From NCBI GenBank assembly GCA_016713535.1, contig JADJOY010000008.1, positions 212,580 to 276,579 of the forward strand: a DNA stretch of 64,000 bases. The letters run 5' to 3'. This document shows positions 8,358 through 17,319 of this stretch, piece after piece (position 1 is the first letter of the stretch; each line of letters starts with the position of its first letter). The notes under the pieces are model-generated. The model made no database searches, was not told the origin of the DNA, and saw only the letters and a list, made by a program, of their open reading frames with translations. The translations under genes were made by a program, and so were the position numbers. Source of the DNA: Deltaproteobacteria bacterium. Its GTDB lineage: Bacteria; JADJOY01.

Positions 8358-9668
8358 ATGATCGAGATCGACGCAGACGCCGAGCAACGCCCCTCCGACG
8401 AGCCCGGCTGGTACGCGTATTACGTGTTGGGCCTGCTCTGGCTCGTCTACGTCTTCAACTTCGTCGATCGCCAGGTGCTCGCGATCCTCCTCGAGCCGAT
8501 CAAGAAGGACCTCGGCGCCTCCGACACCGCAATGGGGTTCTTGAGCGGCTTCGCGTTCGCACTCTTCTACACCGTTGCGGGGATCCCGATCGCGCGCTGG
8601 GCGGACCGCGGCACGCGCCGCACCATCATCACGATCGGCCTCGCGCTGTGGAGCGGCATGACCGCGCTCTCGGGGATGGCGCGCGGGTTCGTGGAGCTGG
8701 CGGCTGCGCGGGTCGGGGTGGGGGTCGGCGAGGCGGCCGGCAGCCCTCCCGCGCACTCGCTCCTCTCCGACTACTTCCCGCCGCACCGGCGCGCGACCGC
8801 GCTCGGGATCTACGCCGCTGGGGTGTACGTGGGGGTGATGCTCGCGTTCGTGGGCGGCGGCTACGTGGCGACCCACTTCAGCTGGCGCACGGCGTTCCTG
8901 CTGGTGGGGTTGCCGGGGCTTCCGCTCGCGGCGCTGGTGCGGCTCACGGTGCGCGAACCGGCGCGCACCGCGGGACAAGGGGTGGCGGCGAGCGACGACC
9001 GCCCGAGCCTGGGAGAGGTGCTGCGTTTCCTCGCGAGCAAGCGCTCGTTCGTGCTGGTGGTGGTGGCGGCGGCGTTCAACACCCTCGCCGGCTACGCGGT
9101 GCTGACCTGGGGCGCCTCGTTCCTGCGCCGGGTCCACGCGATGCCGATCGGGCAGGTGGGGACCTCGCTCGGGCTGATCGTGGGGATCGGCGGCACGCTC
9201 GGCTCGTGGCTGGGCGGCGTGCTCGCCGATCGGCTCGGTCAGCGCGATCCGCGGTGGTACGGGCTCGTCTCCGCGATCGTGTCGGCGCTCGGCGTGCCGT
9301 TCGCGGTGGCGTTCCTGCTCGCGCCGAGCGCCACGACGGCGCTGGTGGCTTTCACGCCCTATTACGTGCTGGCGCAGATGTACATCGGCGCGATGCTCGC
9401 GGTGACGCAGTGCGTTGTGACGCCGCGGATGCGCGCGACCGCCTCCGCGGTGGTGCTCTTCGTGCTCAACCTGTTCGGCCTCGGGCTCGGCCCGCTCGTG
9501 GTGGGTGCCCTCAACGACGCGCTCAAGGCGCGCCTCGGTGACGTCGCGATCCGCTACTCGCTGCTCGGCGTGGTCGCGGTGAGTGCCCTCTCGGTGCCCT
9601 TTTTCGTCGCGGCAGCCCGGCACATGCGCCGTGATCTGGGGGCGGGACCGGTCACTCGAGGTCGATGA
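8358..9668 (+). CDS. MFS transporter (Spinster-like subfamily)
   Basis: MIEIDADAE...WYAYYVLGLLWLVYVFNFVDRQVLAILLEPIKKDLGASDTAMGFLSGFAFALFYTVAGIPIARWADRG... has a 12-TM MFS signature. The upstream part of the long ORF is Arg-rich junk. Confidence 0.85.
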   Translation: MIEIDADAEQRPSDEPGWYAYYVLGLLWLVYVFNFVDRQVLAILLEPIKKDLGASDTAMGFLSGFAFALFYTVAGIPIARWADRGTRRTIITIGLALWSGMTALSGMARGFVELAAARVGVGVGEAAGSPPAHSLLSDYFPPHRRATALGIYAAGVYVGVMLAFVGGGYVATHFSWRTAFLLVGLPGLPLAALVRLTVREPARTAGQGVAASDDRPSLGEVLRFLASKRSFVLVVVAAAFNTLAGYAVLTWGASFLRRVHAMPIGQVGTSLGLIVGIGGTLGSWLGGVLADRLGQRDPRWYGLVSAIVSALGVPFAVAFLLAPSATTALVAFTPYYVLAQMYIGAMLAVTQCVVTPRMRATASAVVLFVLNLFGLGLGPLVVGALNDALKARLGDVAIRYSLLGVVAVSALSVPFFVAAARHMRRDLGAGPVTRGR

Positions 9669-10566
9669 AGATCGGGCGGTGGTCGGAGACGCGGTAGAGG
9701 TTGGGGACCGCGTGGGGCGGCGTGCTGATGCCGGGGACGATCACGGGCCCTTCGGCGTGCATCCATTCCGGGTCGGCGATGGCGGGGTCGCGATCGAAGG
9801 CGTAGATCCGCGCCTCGCCGCGCACCCGGGACGTGAGGCGTGGCGAGGTGAAGACGTGGTCGATGATCTGGCGGTCGAGGTAGCTCGACCACGGCTCGTC
9901 GTCGCCCGGGCCGGACTCGGCGGGCTCGACGACCGGCTCGTGCCACAACCAACTCGTCATCGCGCCCTCGGTGAGCGGCGTGAGCGAGGCGCGGTGGCGC
10001 GGTTCGTTGAAGTCCCCGATCAGCACCGCGTCGGCGGTGCGCAGACCGACGAACGTTCCGTCGACGTCGAAGCCCTCCACCCACGCGGCGATCGCGTGGG
10101 CCTCGCGGGCGCGCTTGGGCGATCCCGGGTCGTCGCGCTCGGGGTCGGGTGCGTCGCCCGACGACTTGAGGTGGACGCCGATCACCGTGAGCCCTTCGCC
10201 GGTGCCGCGGTCGCGCAGCTCGGCCACCACGCTGCGGCTCGCGGGGCTCGGCAGCTTGTGGCGCTGCACGAGCTGGAAGCGCTCGGAGTCGAAGGCGAGC
10301 GCCACCTTGAGGATCTTGTCGTTGCCGGCGCTGGCGAGGAAGCGCCCCGCGTCGTCCGAGAGCCGGTAGCGGCGGCCGAGGGCGGCGCCGACCTCGGTGA
10401 GCAGCGCATCTAGGGCGGCGAGGTCGAGGACCTCGGGCAGGACCAGCACGTCGGCGTCGAGCTGCGCGAGGACACGCGTGAGGAGCGCGAGGTCGTCGGG
10501 GGTGCGCTCGACGCGGTGCGGCGGGTGGGCCGGGAAGAAGAACAGGTTGAAGCCCGCGACGCGCAT
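9652..10566 (-). CDS. Endonuclease/exonuclease/phosphatase (EEP) family protein, sphingomyelinase-like
   Basis: MRVAGFNLFFFPA...DADVLVLPEV...VIGVHLKS...IGDFNE...SDHRPIFIDLE are the EEP catalytic motifs. The start was chosen at MRVAG; the upstream ORF portion is low-complexity. Confidence 0.8.
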   Translation of the reverse strand: MRVAGFNLFFFPAHPPHRVERTPDDLALLTRVLAQLDADVLVLPEVLDLAALDALLTEVGAALGRRYRLSDDAGRFLASAGNDKILKVALAFDSERFQLVQRHKLPSPASRSVVAELRDRGTGEGLTVIGVHLKSSGDAPDPERDDPGSPKRAREAHAIAAWVEGFDVDGTFVGLRTADAVLIGDFNEPRHRASLTPLTEGAMTSWLWHEPVVEPAESGPGDDEPWSSYLDRQIIDHVFTSPRLTSRVRGEARIYAFDRDPAIADPEWMHAEGPVIVPGISTPPHAVPNLYRVSDHRPIFIDLE

Positions 10567-10734
10567 GCCCGGAGTGTCCGCGCGGGCGGCCTTGGGGGCA
10601 AGCGCCGCTGGCCGGGGGGCACGGTGCTGGAGCGTCGAGCACCACGATCGGCGAGCGGCCGACGGAGCGGCCGCGCTCCAGCCTCTCGCGTCCGCTGGCG
10701 CTGCGTCGCGGTTTCGGGGTAGGAAGACGCGCCC

Positions 10735-12168
10735 ATGAACATCGCGACCCGCCCCAGGCGTTCGATCGCCGCGTGCGCGCTGCTGCTGGTGGTGGCCGCC
10801 TGCGGTGGTGGCGGCGAGGGCGGCTCGTCCGGCTCGACCTCGCCACTTCGGGTCCGGGAGGGCTGGTTCATCGACGGCGCCGGGCGCGTGGTGCTGCTCC
10901 ACGGCGCCAACGTGATCGACAAGCGCCCGCCCTACCTCCCCTCGGAGGAGGAGTTCGGCGCCGCGGACGCCGACGCGATGCGCGACCTGGGCTTCAACGT
11001 GGTCCGCCTCGGTTTCATCTGGGCCGGGCTCGAGCCCGAGCGCGGGGCGCTGGACCGCGACTACCTCGCGCGCCTCACCGCGCTCGTGAAGCTCCTCACC
11101 AGCCGCGGGATCTACGTGCTGGTCGAATCCCACCAGGACCTGTGGAACGAGCGCTTCGGCGGCGAAGGCGCCCCCGACTGGGCGGTGTTCCAGCCGGCGA
11201 AGGAGCCGTTCGCCTTCAACTGGGGGCTCAGCTACTTCGTGAACCCGCCGATCGGGAACGCGTTCGAGGACTTCTGGAACGACCGCGAGGGCACCCAGAC
11301 CCGCTACGTCGAAGCCTGGCGCGAGCTGGCGCGCACCTTCGCGGGCGACCCGGGAGTGCTCGGCTACGACGTGATGAACGAGCCCTGGACCACCGCCACC
11401 TGGTTCGTGCCGCAGGAATCGACCACCACCGAGCCCTTCTACCGCCGCGTCATCCCGGCGATACGCGAGATCGACCCGGACCACACGGTGTTCTGGGCGT
11501 TGGCGCTACCCGGCGTGGTCGGCATCGAGTCCGACCTCGGCGTCCTCGGCTACGACAACCTCTCGCTCAGCTTCCACGTCTACTGCGCGACCAGCATCTT
11601 CCTGCGCGTCTACCTCGACGGCGTGTGCGAGAGCGCCACGGGACCCTCCTTCGACAAGAGCCGCGCCGCCCGCGATCGCCAGGGGAGCGGCTGGCTGCTC
11701 ACGGAGTTCGGCGCCAGCGACTTCCTCCCCGACATCGCGCGCCACGCGGCGGTCGCCGACCAGAACCTGGTGGGCTGGACCCACTGGGCGTGGAAGCTCT
11801 ACGACGACCCGACCGGCGACGTCGACGAGGCGATCGTCGCGAACGACACCGGGCCGATCGCCTTCAAGTCCAAGATGCCGCTGCTGGCGCGCACCTACGC
11901 GCGGGCGATCGCCGGAACTCCTGCCGCGATGTCGTTCGATCCGGAGAGCGGCGCGTTCGAGCTGGGTTACGCGCCCGACCCGTCGGTGTCCGCGCCCACC
12001 GAGATCTGGCTGCCGCTCGCGCAGCACTATCCGGGCGGCTACGCCGTGAGCGTGAGCGGCGGCTCGTGGGCCCCGTCGCGGCGCGACGAGCGGGTCCTCG
12101 AGGTGTCCGCGGCCACCGGCGCGTCCGAGGTGAATGTCACGATTCGTGCGGCTTCTGGAAGCAGATGA
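10735..12168 (+). CDS. GH5 glycoside hydrolase lipoprotein, endoglycoceramidase-like
   Basis: Lipobox LLLVVAACGG. The segment GANVIDKRPPYLP...GFNVVRLGFIWAGLEPERG...IYVLVESHQDLWNERFGGEGAPDWAV...DVMNEPW resembles Rhodococcus endoglycoceramidase II (GH5). Confidence 0.8.
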   Translation: MNIATRPRRSIAACALLLVVAACGGGGEGGSSGSTSPLRVREGWFIDGAGRVVLLHGANVIDKRPPYLPSEEEFGAADADAMRDLGFNVVRLGFIWAGLEPERGALDRDYLARLTALVKLLTSRGIYVLVESHQDLWNERFGGEGAPDWAVFQPAKEPFAFNWGLSYFVNPPIGNAFEDFWNDREGTQTRYVEAWRELARTFAGDPGVLGYDVMNEPWTTATWFVPQESTTTEPFYRRVIPAIREIDPDHTVFWALALPGVVGIESDLGVLGYDNLSLSFHVYCATSIFLRVYLDGVCESATGPSFDKSRAARDRQGSGWLLTEFGASDFLPDIARHAAVADQNLVGWTHWAWKLYDDPTGDVDEAIVANDTGPIAFKSKMPLLARTYARAIAGTPAAMSFDPESGAFELGYAPDPSVSAPTEIWLPLAQHYPGGYAVSVSGGSWAPSRRDERVLEVSAATGASEVNVTIRAASGSR

Positions 12169-12742
12169 TGTAGCCCTGCACCGGGCAGCGCTCGCCGAAC
12201 TGGATCTCGCCGAGGCTCGCCACGGGCTCGAGGCCATGGGCGCGGCCGAGCTCGAGCATGCGGGACATCGGCATCACGTAGCGGCCGGCCGGCAGGCGGA
12301 TCGTCTCGTCGATCGCGTCGCTGAAGCCGGGGCGCTGCTCGACGCACTCGACGAAGAAGAGCCCACCGGGGCGCAGCGCGTCGGCGACGTCGCGCATCAG
12401 CACGGTCTTGGTGAAGTCCGGGCAGTGCGGGAAACACGACACGCTCCACGCCAGGTCCACGGCGCTGGCGGGCAGCTCGGTGCGGATGCCGGCGAGGCGC
12501 AGCGACTCGCGATTCACCTCGCTCACCTCGACCGCGTACTTGGCGATCGAGTCCGGCAGCGAGCGCAGCAGCAACGCACGCCCTGGCCCCACGTCGAGCA
12601 CCGAGCGGGCGCTCGCGAGGCGCTCCGGGAAGCCGTTGCCGAGCCGTGCCAGGTACTCGAGGAAGTAGGAGGGCGGGTGAGGCGCCACCCACTCGGAGCG
12701 GTCGTTGGCGAAGACGTCGTCCCAGAAGTCCTGCATCGACAT
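12137..12742 (-). CDS. Class I SAM-dependent methyltransferase
   Basis: The sequence VLDVGPGRALLLRSLP...ALRPGGLFFVECVE is a Rossmann MT fold. It overlaps the convergent GH5 gene end by about 30 bp. Confidence 0.8.
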   Translation of the reverse strand: MSMQDFWDDVFANDRSEWVAPHPPSYFLEYLARLGNGFPERLASARSVLDVGPGRALLLRSLPDSIAKYAVEVSEVNRESLRLAGIRTELPASAVDLAWSVSCFPHCPDFTKTVLMRDVADALRPGGLFFVECVEQRPGFSDAIDETIRLPAGRYVMPMSRMLELGRAHGLEPVASLGEIQFGERCPVQGYIICFQKPHES

Positions 12743-12787
12743 GGAGCTACCTCCGCGGGCTCGCGCGAAAGCCCGAGCGACGCGCCG

Positions 12788-13480
12788 TCAGGCCGCCTGC
12801 ACGCAGCGCGCGACGTCGAGCGATTCGTCGACCGTGATCGGAACGTAGGCGGGGGCGAGGCGCTCGAGCGCGTCGTGGACCACCCGCGCGCCGAGGAGCT
12901 CGCGGCCGTGGGATGCCGTGACGATCGCTGCGCCGGAATGGCCCACCGCGATCGCGTCGAGCTCGATGGGCTCGCCCGCACCGAGGTCGGGCAGCGGCGC
13001 AGTGGGACGCCACGCGACGAAGCTCGCCGCGTGGTAGGCGGGCTTGAGGTCCTGGCGGCGAAACGACGCCACGCCGGCCCGATCGAGGAGCAGCGTGCCT
13101 TCGCCGCCGGCCTCGACCAGCGAGAGCAGGGGATGATCCTCGGTCCGAGCGAGGCCGAGCTGCAAGCGGTGGTAGCCGCGCGCCAGCCCGTCGACCGAGG
13201 CACTGAGGGTCGCGAGGTCGAGCAGGCACGAGCGGGTGTCGAGCACCACGCGTGCGCGCGCGCCGGCGCGCCACTCGGGGTCACGGCTCAGGGCGCGGGC
13301 GCAGCCGAGCAGGCCGCGCGCGCCGCTCAGCGCGGTGCCGGCGAGGCGGCGCGGGTCGAGGATGCGCGGGTTGGGGTCGCCGAGCAGCATCGCCACGCGT
13401 CGCCCCCAGGCCAGCCAGTCTCCGCGCGGCGAGTCGTCCCACAGGAGCGATGGATCGGGGATCGCCACCGACACCGGCAC
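12788..13480 (-). CDS. Hypothetical protein. The frame stays open and protein-like upstream of the GTG at 13480, so it may be the C-terminal part of the upstream cytidylyltransferase
   Basis: The 230-aa ORF is protein-like. My manual translation of this frame upstream of 13480 gives ...IPIDGHRSIDIDEPTDLAAARAVVDGTPVSRLANL..., which resembles the C-terminal DIDxxxDL region of CMP-sugar synthetases, with no stop up to about 13740. Confidence 0.45.
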   Translation of the reverse strand: MPVSVAIPDPSLLWDDSPRGDWLAWGRRVAMLLGDPNPRILDPRRLAGTALSGARGLLGCARALSRDPEWRAGARARVVLDTRSCLLDLATLSASVDGLARGYHRLQLGLARTEDHPLLSLVEAGGEGTLLLDRAGVASFRRQDLKPAYHAASFVAWRPTAPLPDLGAGEPIELDAIAVGHSGAAIVTASHGRELLGARVVHDALERLAPAYVPITVDESLDVARCVQAA

Positions 13481-13820
13481 GCGCGGCCGGCGGCCGGATT
13501 CAGCAAGGTTCGCGAGCCTCGAGACCGGTGTCCCATCGACGACCGCGCGCGCCGCGGCGAGGTCGGTCGGCTCGTCGATGTCGATGGAGCGGTGGCCGTC
13601 GATCGGAACACCGAGCCAGCCGCCGCGGATCCACGCCGCACGCTGGCAGCGCGGGTTGCGCCACTCGACGTTGACCGAGCCCGACGCGCGGTAGGCGCGC
13701 GCGCGGCCCTCGTGGAGGGCGCCGCGGATGGCGCCGGTGACGATCGGGTAGAGGCCGTCGGCGGCGCGCTCGAGCCACTCCTCGGGGCGGCTGCGCAGCC
13801 GGGTCCAGGTCGAGACCGTG

Positions 13821-14258
13821 TCACCCGCGCGAGCGGATGAGCTTGGCGACGGCGGCGTCGATCAGGCCCGGGTCGCGGAACGGGTAGGTGGGCATCAGGT
13901 TGACGAGGATGTCGATGCGCACACCGAGCTGCTCACGAGCCGTGGCCAGCGTCCAGCGGATCGCGCCCTCGAGCGACGAGACGTCCGCGGCGAGATCGTC
14001 GGGGCGCAGCGCCGGCACGAGCGCGCCGGCGGCGCGCGCCACCGCGGCGATCTCGGCGTCGTCGGTGCTCACCACCACGGTGCGCACGGTGCGCGCGGCG
14101 CGTGCGGCGCGGATCGTGTGCACGATCAGCGGCTCGCCGCCGAGCTCGGCGAGCGCCTTGCGCGGCACACCCTTCGAGCCGCCCCGGGCGGGGATCATGG
14201 CAGCGACGTCGAAGGGGCCTTCCGGTCCTTGCACGAGCGGGAGAGGTTCGGGGGTCAT
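13821..14258 (-). CDS. Acylneuraminate / CMP-sugar cytidylyltransferase (NeuA/KdsB family) N-terminal domain, truncated by an apparent frameshift
   Basis: MTPEPLPLVQGPEGPFDVAAMIPARGGSKGVPRKAL...VVVSTDD...LMPTYPFRDPGLIDAAV shows the IPARxxSKxxPxK motif and the PTxP-R motif. At 145 aa it is too short for the family. The continuation appears in another frame toward 13500. Confidence 0.6.
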   Translation of the reverse strand: MTPEPLPLVQGPEGPFDVAAMIPARGGSKGVPRKALAELGGEPLIVHTIRAARAARTVRTVVVSTDDAEIAAVARAAGALVPALRPDDLAADVSSLEGAIRWTLATAREQLGVRIDILVNLMPTYPFRDPGLIDAAVAKLIRSRG

Positions 14259-14262
14259 GGCG

Positions 14263-14911
14263 TCACATCCGTGTGGGGGCCGTGGCGAAGGTCGCCACGA
14301 TTCGTTCGGGATCGGCGCTCGCGAGCGCGGCGCTGATGTCGCGCTGCACGCCCGCGGGCACGCTGCGGTAGCTCTGACGCAGCAGCACGAAGTAGCTGCC
14401 GCCGTCCAGGTTCCAGACCGGCCACTCGCCTTGCGCCGCGAACGCCTCCTCGCAAAGGCGCGAGGTTGTCGAGGCGGAACACCGCGTCCTTGTCGAAGGT
14501 GAACACGTTGCCATCGGCGCGGCGGGCGTAGTTGATGGTGGCGGCGTCGAGGTCGAAGTAGCCGCGCCTCGCCAGGTGGCACTGGCGCTCGCAGTGGGCG
14601 GCGAACACCTCGCGCTCGTTCTCGAAGTAGCGGAATGGCTCGAGCCCGGGCAGGTAGCGCTCCGCCCAGCCGCGGAAGTGGCCGCGCTCGTCGTGGACGA
14701 GCGCCTCGATCGGGTCGGTGCGCGGAGCCTCGCCCGCGATGAGGAGCCGCTCGACGTAGTAGTCGACGTGCTCGGGAGCGAGGTCGACGAGCTTCACCAG
14801 GAGGTCGTCCACGGTGCGGAAGATCCGGTGCACCTTGGGGTACCAGTCCTCGGTGCGCTGGTGGCGCAGCACCTCGAGCTCGGGCAGCTCGGCGACAGCC
14901 AGGCGTCTCAT
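14263..14911 (-). CDS. Hypothetical protein (about 215 aa) with an apparent frameshift near 14460
   Basis: Frame A reads MRRLAVAELPELEVLRHQRTEDWYPKVHRIFRTVDD...NVFTFDKDAVFRLDNLAP. It then degenerates, while frame B reads ...EEAFAAQGEWPVWNLDGGSYFVLLRQSYRSVPAGVQRDISAALASADPERIVATFATAPTRM up to the stop at 14263. Confidence 0.5.
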
Positions 14912-14949
14912 GGCGGCGGTCGGTGGCGGGCGCGCATGCGCCGGCTGCG

Positions 14950-14985
14950 GCCCTCGACGGGGGACGGAGCCCCCGTCGCTACGAC
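14950..14985. repeat. REP-like palindrome (gacggggg-acggag-cccccgtc-gCTACg)
   Basis: Same family, with the loop sequence acggag shared with the element at 22997. Confidence 0.55.
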
Positions 14986-15086
14986 GATCGATCGCCGCGT
15001 GGTGCTCGTCGCGCGAGGGCCTTCGTGTCCCCCTCCGGCGGCGGGCGGGGATGGATGTCATGGCTGGCGCTCGCGGATCCATCGGT

Positions 15087-15749
15087 TCAGCGGCGCTCGA
15101 AGAGCATCAGGTAGCGGTCGGGGGTGTAGGAGACGGTGGGCACGAAGTCGAGGAGCTGGAAGTGGCGCGCCATCGCGTCGAAGAAGGCGTCGCGGTCGAA
15201 GGCCGCGCGCATCTCGGGCGGGATCGCGGCGAGCATGTCCGCGCACTCCATGCCGACCGGCCCCTCGATCAGCACCAACCCCGTCGCGATCCGAGCGAGC
15301 TTGTCGACCCAGCGCCAGCCGCCTCCGTCCTCGCGGAAGACGTAGTGGTGGACGTTGCCGATCAGGATGCGGTCGAAGTGCTCGTCGGTGACGAGCCGAC
15401 CGAAGCTCGTGTGCCGGAACTCCGCGTTCTCGACGCCCAGATAGGCGGCGATGTGGTGGCAGAGCCATATGCAGTGCTCGTCGGTGTCGAGCCCGAGCAC
15501 CCGCTCGAAGCCGTGCGCGGCGCGAAGCGAGAAGAAGCCCTTGTTGCAGCCGACGTCGAGGAGCCGGCGCCCGGCGCCGAGGAACTGGGGCGCGAGGCGC
15601 TCCATCAGCACGGTGCGCTGGTGCAGCACGTCCGTCGGCTGCAGGGTATCGATGCGATATGTGTGCGTGGGCGGGTACGCCTGCGCGTCGAGCGCGCACT
15701 GCAGCTCGTCGCCGGGACTCGCCGGCATCATCCGGGCGAGCGCGTTCAT
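15087..15749 (-). CDS. Class I SAM-dependent methyltransferase
   Basis: RRLLDVGCNKGFFSLRAA...VLGLDTDEH...ILIGNVHHY shows MT motifs I and II. Confidence 0.8.
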   Translation of the reverse strand: MNALARMMPASPGDELQCALDAQAYPPTHTYRIDTLQPTDVLHQRTVLMERLAPQFLGAGRRLLDVGCNKGFFSLRAAHGFERVLGLDTDEHCIWLCHHIAAYLGVENAEFRHTSFGRLVTDEHFDRILIGNVHHYVFREDGGGWRWVDKLARIATGLVLIEGPVGMECADMLAAIPPEMRAAFDRDAFFDAMARHFQLLDFVPTVSYTPDRYLMLFERR

Positions 15750-16399
15750 GCGGCACCTCGCAGTCCGCGCTGGGGGAGCGCGGCGGGGATCGGGATCGCG
15801 ACGGTCTCGAAGCCACCCTTCCGGTCACTCCAGCGGCTGTGGAAGAGGCGCCCGTCGTGCACGTAGGGGTTGGCGCCATGAACGAGGATCAGCTCGATCT
15901 CGGCCGAGTCGAGGTGGTAGCGCAACACTTGCCAGTCCTTGGCGCTGCCCGGGAACTGGGGGTCGACGCGCTTGGCCTCGAAGTAGAGCCACCGACCGTC
16001 GACGGTGGGGTGGCAGACCTCGTCGTAGCCGTCGAAGCGCCCGATGAGCTTGACGCGGTCGCGCCAGATCTCGCTCTCGTGCGTGTAGAACAGGCCTTCA
16101 TCGGTGGCGTACGGCTGCTCCACGTGGCCCTCGACCGCGCGGGCGCGGGTGCCACTCAACCGGCCGTCATCGCTCAGGACGATGTGACCGTGGTGGACGT
16201 TGCCGAGGCGCAGGTGGGTGCCCGCGCGCACCAGACGCGACGACTCGATCACGACGACCTCGCCTTCGAGGTGGTAGCGGACCTCGCGGAGCTCGGTGTG
16301 GTGCATGTAGTCCACACCGGTCACCACCAGCGCGGTGTCGTCGCTCAGTGGGCAGACGTCCTCAAAGACGTTCAACAACCCAGAGGTCGAACGCTTCAT
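15746..16399 (-). CDS. Hypothetical protein with an internal duplication, bicupin-like
   Basis: Two related halves (LREVRYHLEGEVVVI...LGNVHHGHIVLSDDGRL and WQVLRYHLDSAEIELILVHGANPYVHDGRLFHS). A GGAG RBS precedes the ATG at 16399, and a 4-bp ATGA overlap joins it to the downstream MT. Confidence 0.55.
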   Translation of the reverse strand: MKRSTSGLLNVFEDVCPLSDDTALVVTGVDYMHHTELREVRYHLEGEVVVIESSRLVRAGTHLRLGNVHHGHIVLSDDGRLSGTRARAVEGHVEQPYATDEGLFYTHESEIWRDRVKLIGRFDGYDEVCHPTVDGRWLYFEAKRVDPQFPGSAKDWQVLRYHLDSAEIELILVHGANPYVHDGRLFHSRWSDRKGGFETVAIPIPAALPQRGLRGAA

Positions 16400-16958
16400 C
16401 GATTCTTCTCCGGTCGACTCGCAGGTCATCGAACTCGAACGCGGTGCGCGCGTAGTGGTTCTGATAGAGCGGGCTCGGGATGTAGCCGTGCAGGACGATC
16501 AGCTCGGTGGCGTCGTAGATGGGCGGCGTGTGCCACACCACGATCGCGCGGCGCCCCACGCGCGCCAGCTCGCGGAAGATCCCGACGGCGATCTCCTCGG
16601 ACGGCACATGCTCGAGCACCGACTTGCAGATCGCGAAGTCGAAGGCGCGATCGGCGAACGGCAGGCAGGTGGCGTCGGCGCGCACGAACCGGAAGCCGGG
16701 GTTCTCGACCCGCGCGAGCTCGACGAGGGGGGGGGAAATGTCGAGCCCCAGGTAGGCGCGTGAGTCGAAGAGCTCGCGGATCTCCGCGCCCTTGGCGCAG
16801 CCGACGTCGAGCACCGTACCGCCGCGGGTCATCTGCGCCATGACGGCGCGGATCGGCTGACGGTTCTTCGACGTGACCGGCACACCGGTCACGCGGTTCA
16901 CGTAGCTGCCCATGAAGAGCTGGGCATCCTCCGATGTGAGCGTGAGCCAGGAGTCCAC
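16362..16958 (-). CDS. Class I SAM-dependent methyltransferase
   Basis: The sequence GTVLDVGCAKGAEIREL...YLGLDISPPLV...RADATCLPFADRAFDFAICKSVLEHV carries the MT motifs. The start is either 16958 or the internal Met at 16913. Confidence 0.75.
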   Translation of the reverse strand: MDSWLTLTSEDAQLFMGSYVNRVTGVPVTSKNRQPIRAVMAQMTRGGTVLDVGCAKGAEIRELFDSRAYLGLDISPPLVELARVENPGFRFVRADATCLPFADRAFDFAICKSVLEHVPSEEIAVGIFRELARVGRRAIVVWHTPPIYDATELIVLHGYIPSPLYQNHYARTAFEFDDLRVDRRRIDEAFDLWVVERL

Positions 16959-17319
16959 GACCGTTTTCCCCCCGAATGGTCGACAGTCGTCTGAGCAAGC
17001 CCCGCGCCAGCAGCGCAGGGGCGTCGCACGGGGGCCGGCGCTCGTCCGTCAGGAGGCCGTCATCCCGTCGAATTCACGAGGAAAACGGCGCGACGCAGAG
17101 GCGAGATCGCGAGCGCGATGGCGGGCGCGCGACGGCATCACCCGCGTCGCGACTAGCCAGGTTGAACCGGCCCGAAATGCCTACCGGGACGGAATTTCCC
17201 CGGATTCGAGGGGGCGCCGCGAGCGGATCGGCTCCGCGCGCACCCCGACCGCCGCGGCGGACCTCGCGGGCGACGCGAGCGACCGCGCCGCGTCCGCCGC
17301 GTGAACCCGATGCGGGACG

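Noticed and set aside
8861-9082. Short ORFs embedded in or antisense to the MFS transporter and other genes (e.g. 8861..9082 -, 8648..9541 +)
   Set aside because: Fully contained within a well-supported gene on the other frame or strand, with low-complexity translations.
13327-13824. 165-aa and 92-aa minus-strand ORFs between the cytidylyltransferase and the downstream hypothetical gene
   Set aside because: Ser/Arg/Ala-rich or Arg/Pro-rich junk frames. The third frame over the same DNA gives cytidylyltransferase-like sequence (…SIDIDEPTDL…), so these are off-frame reads of a frameshifted gene.
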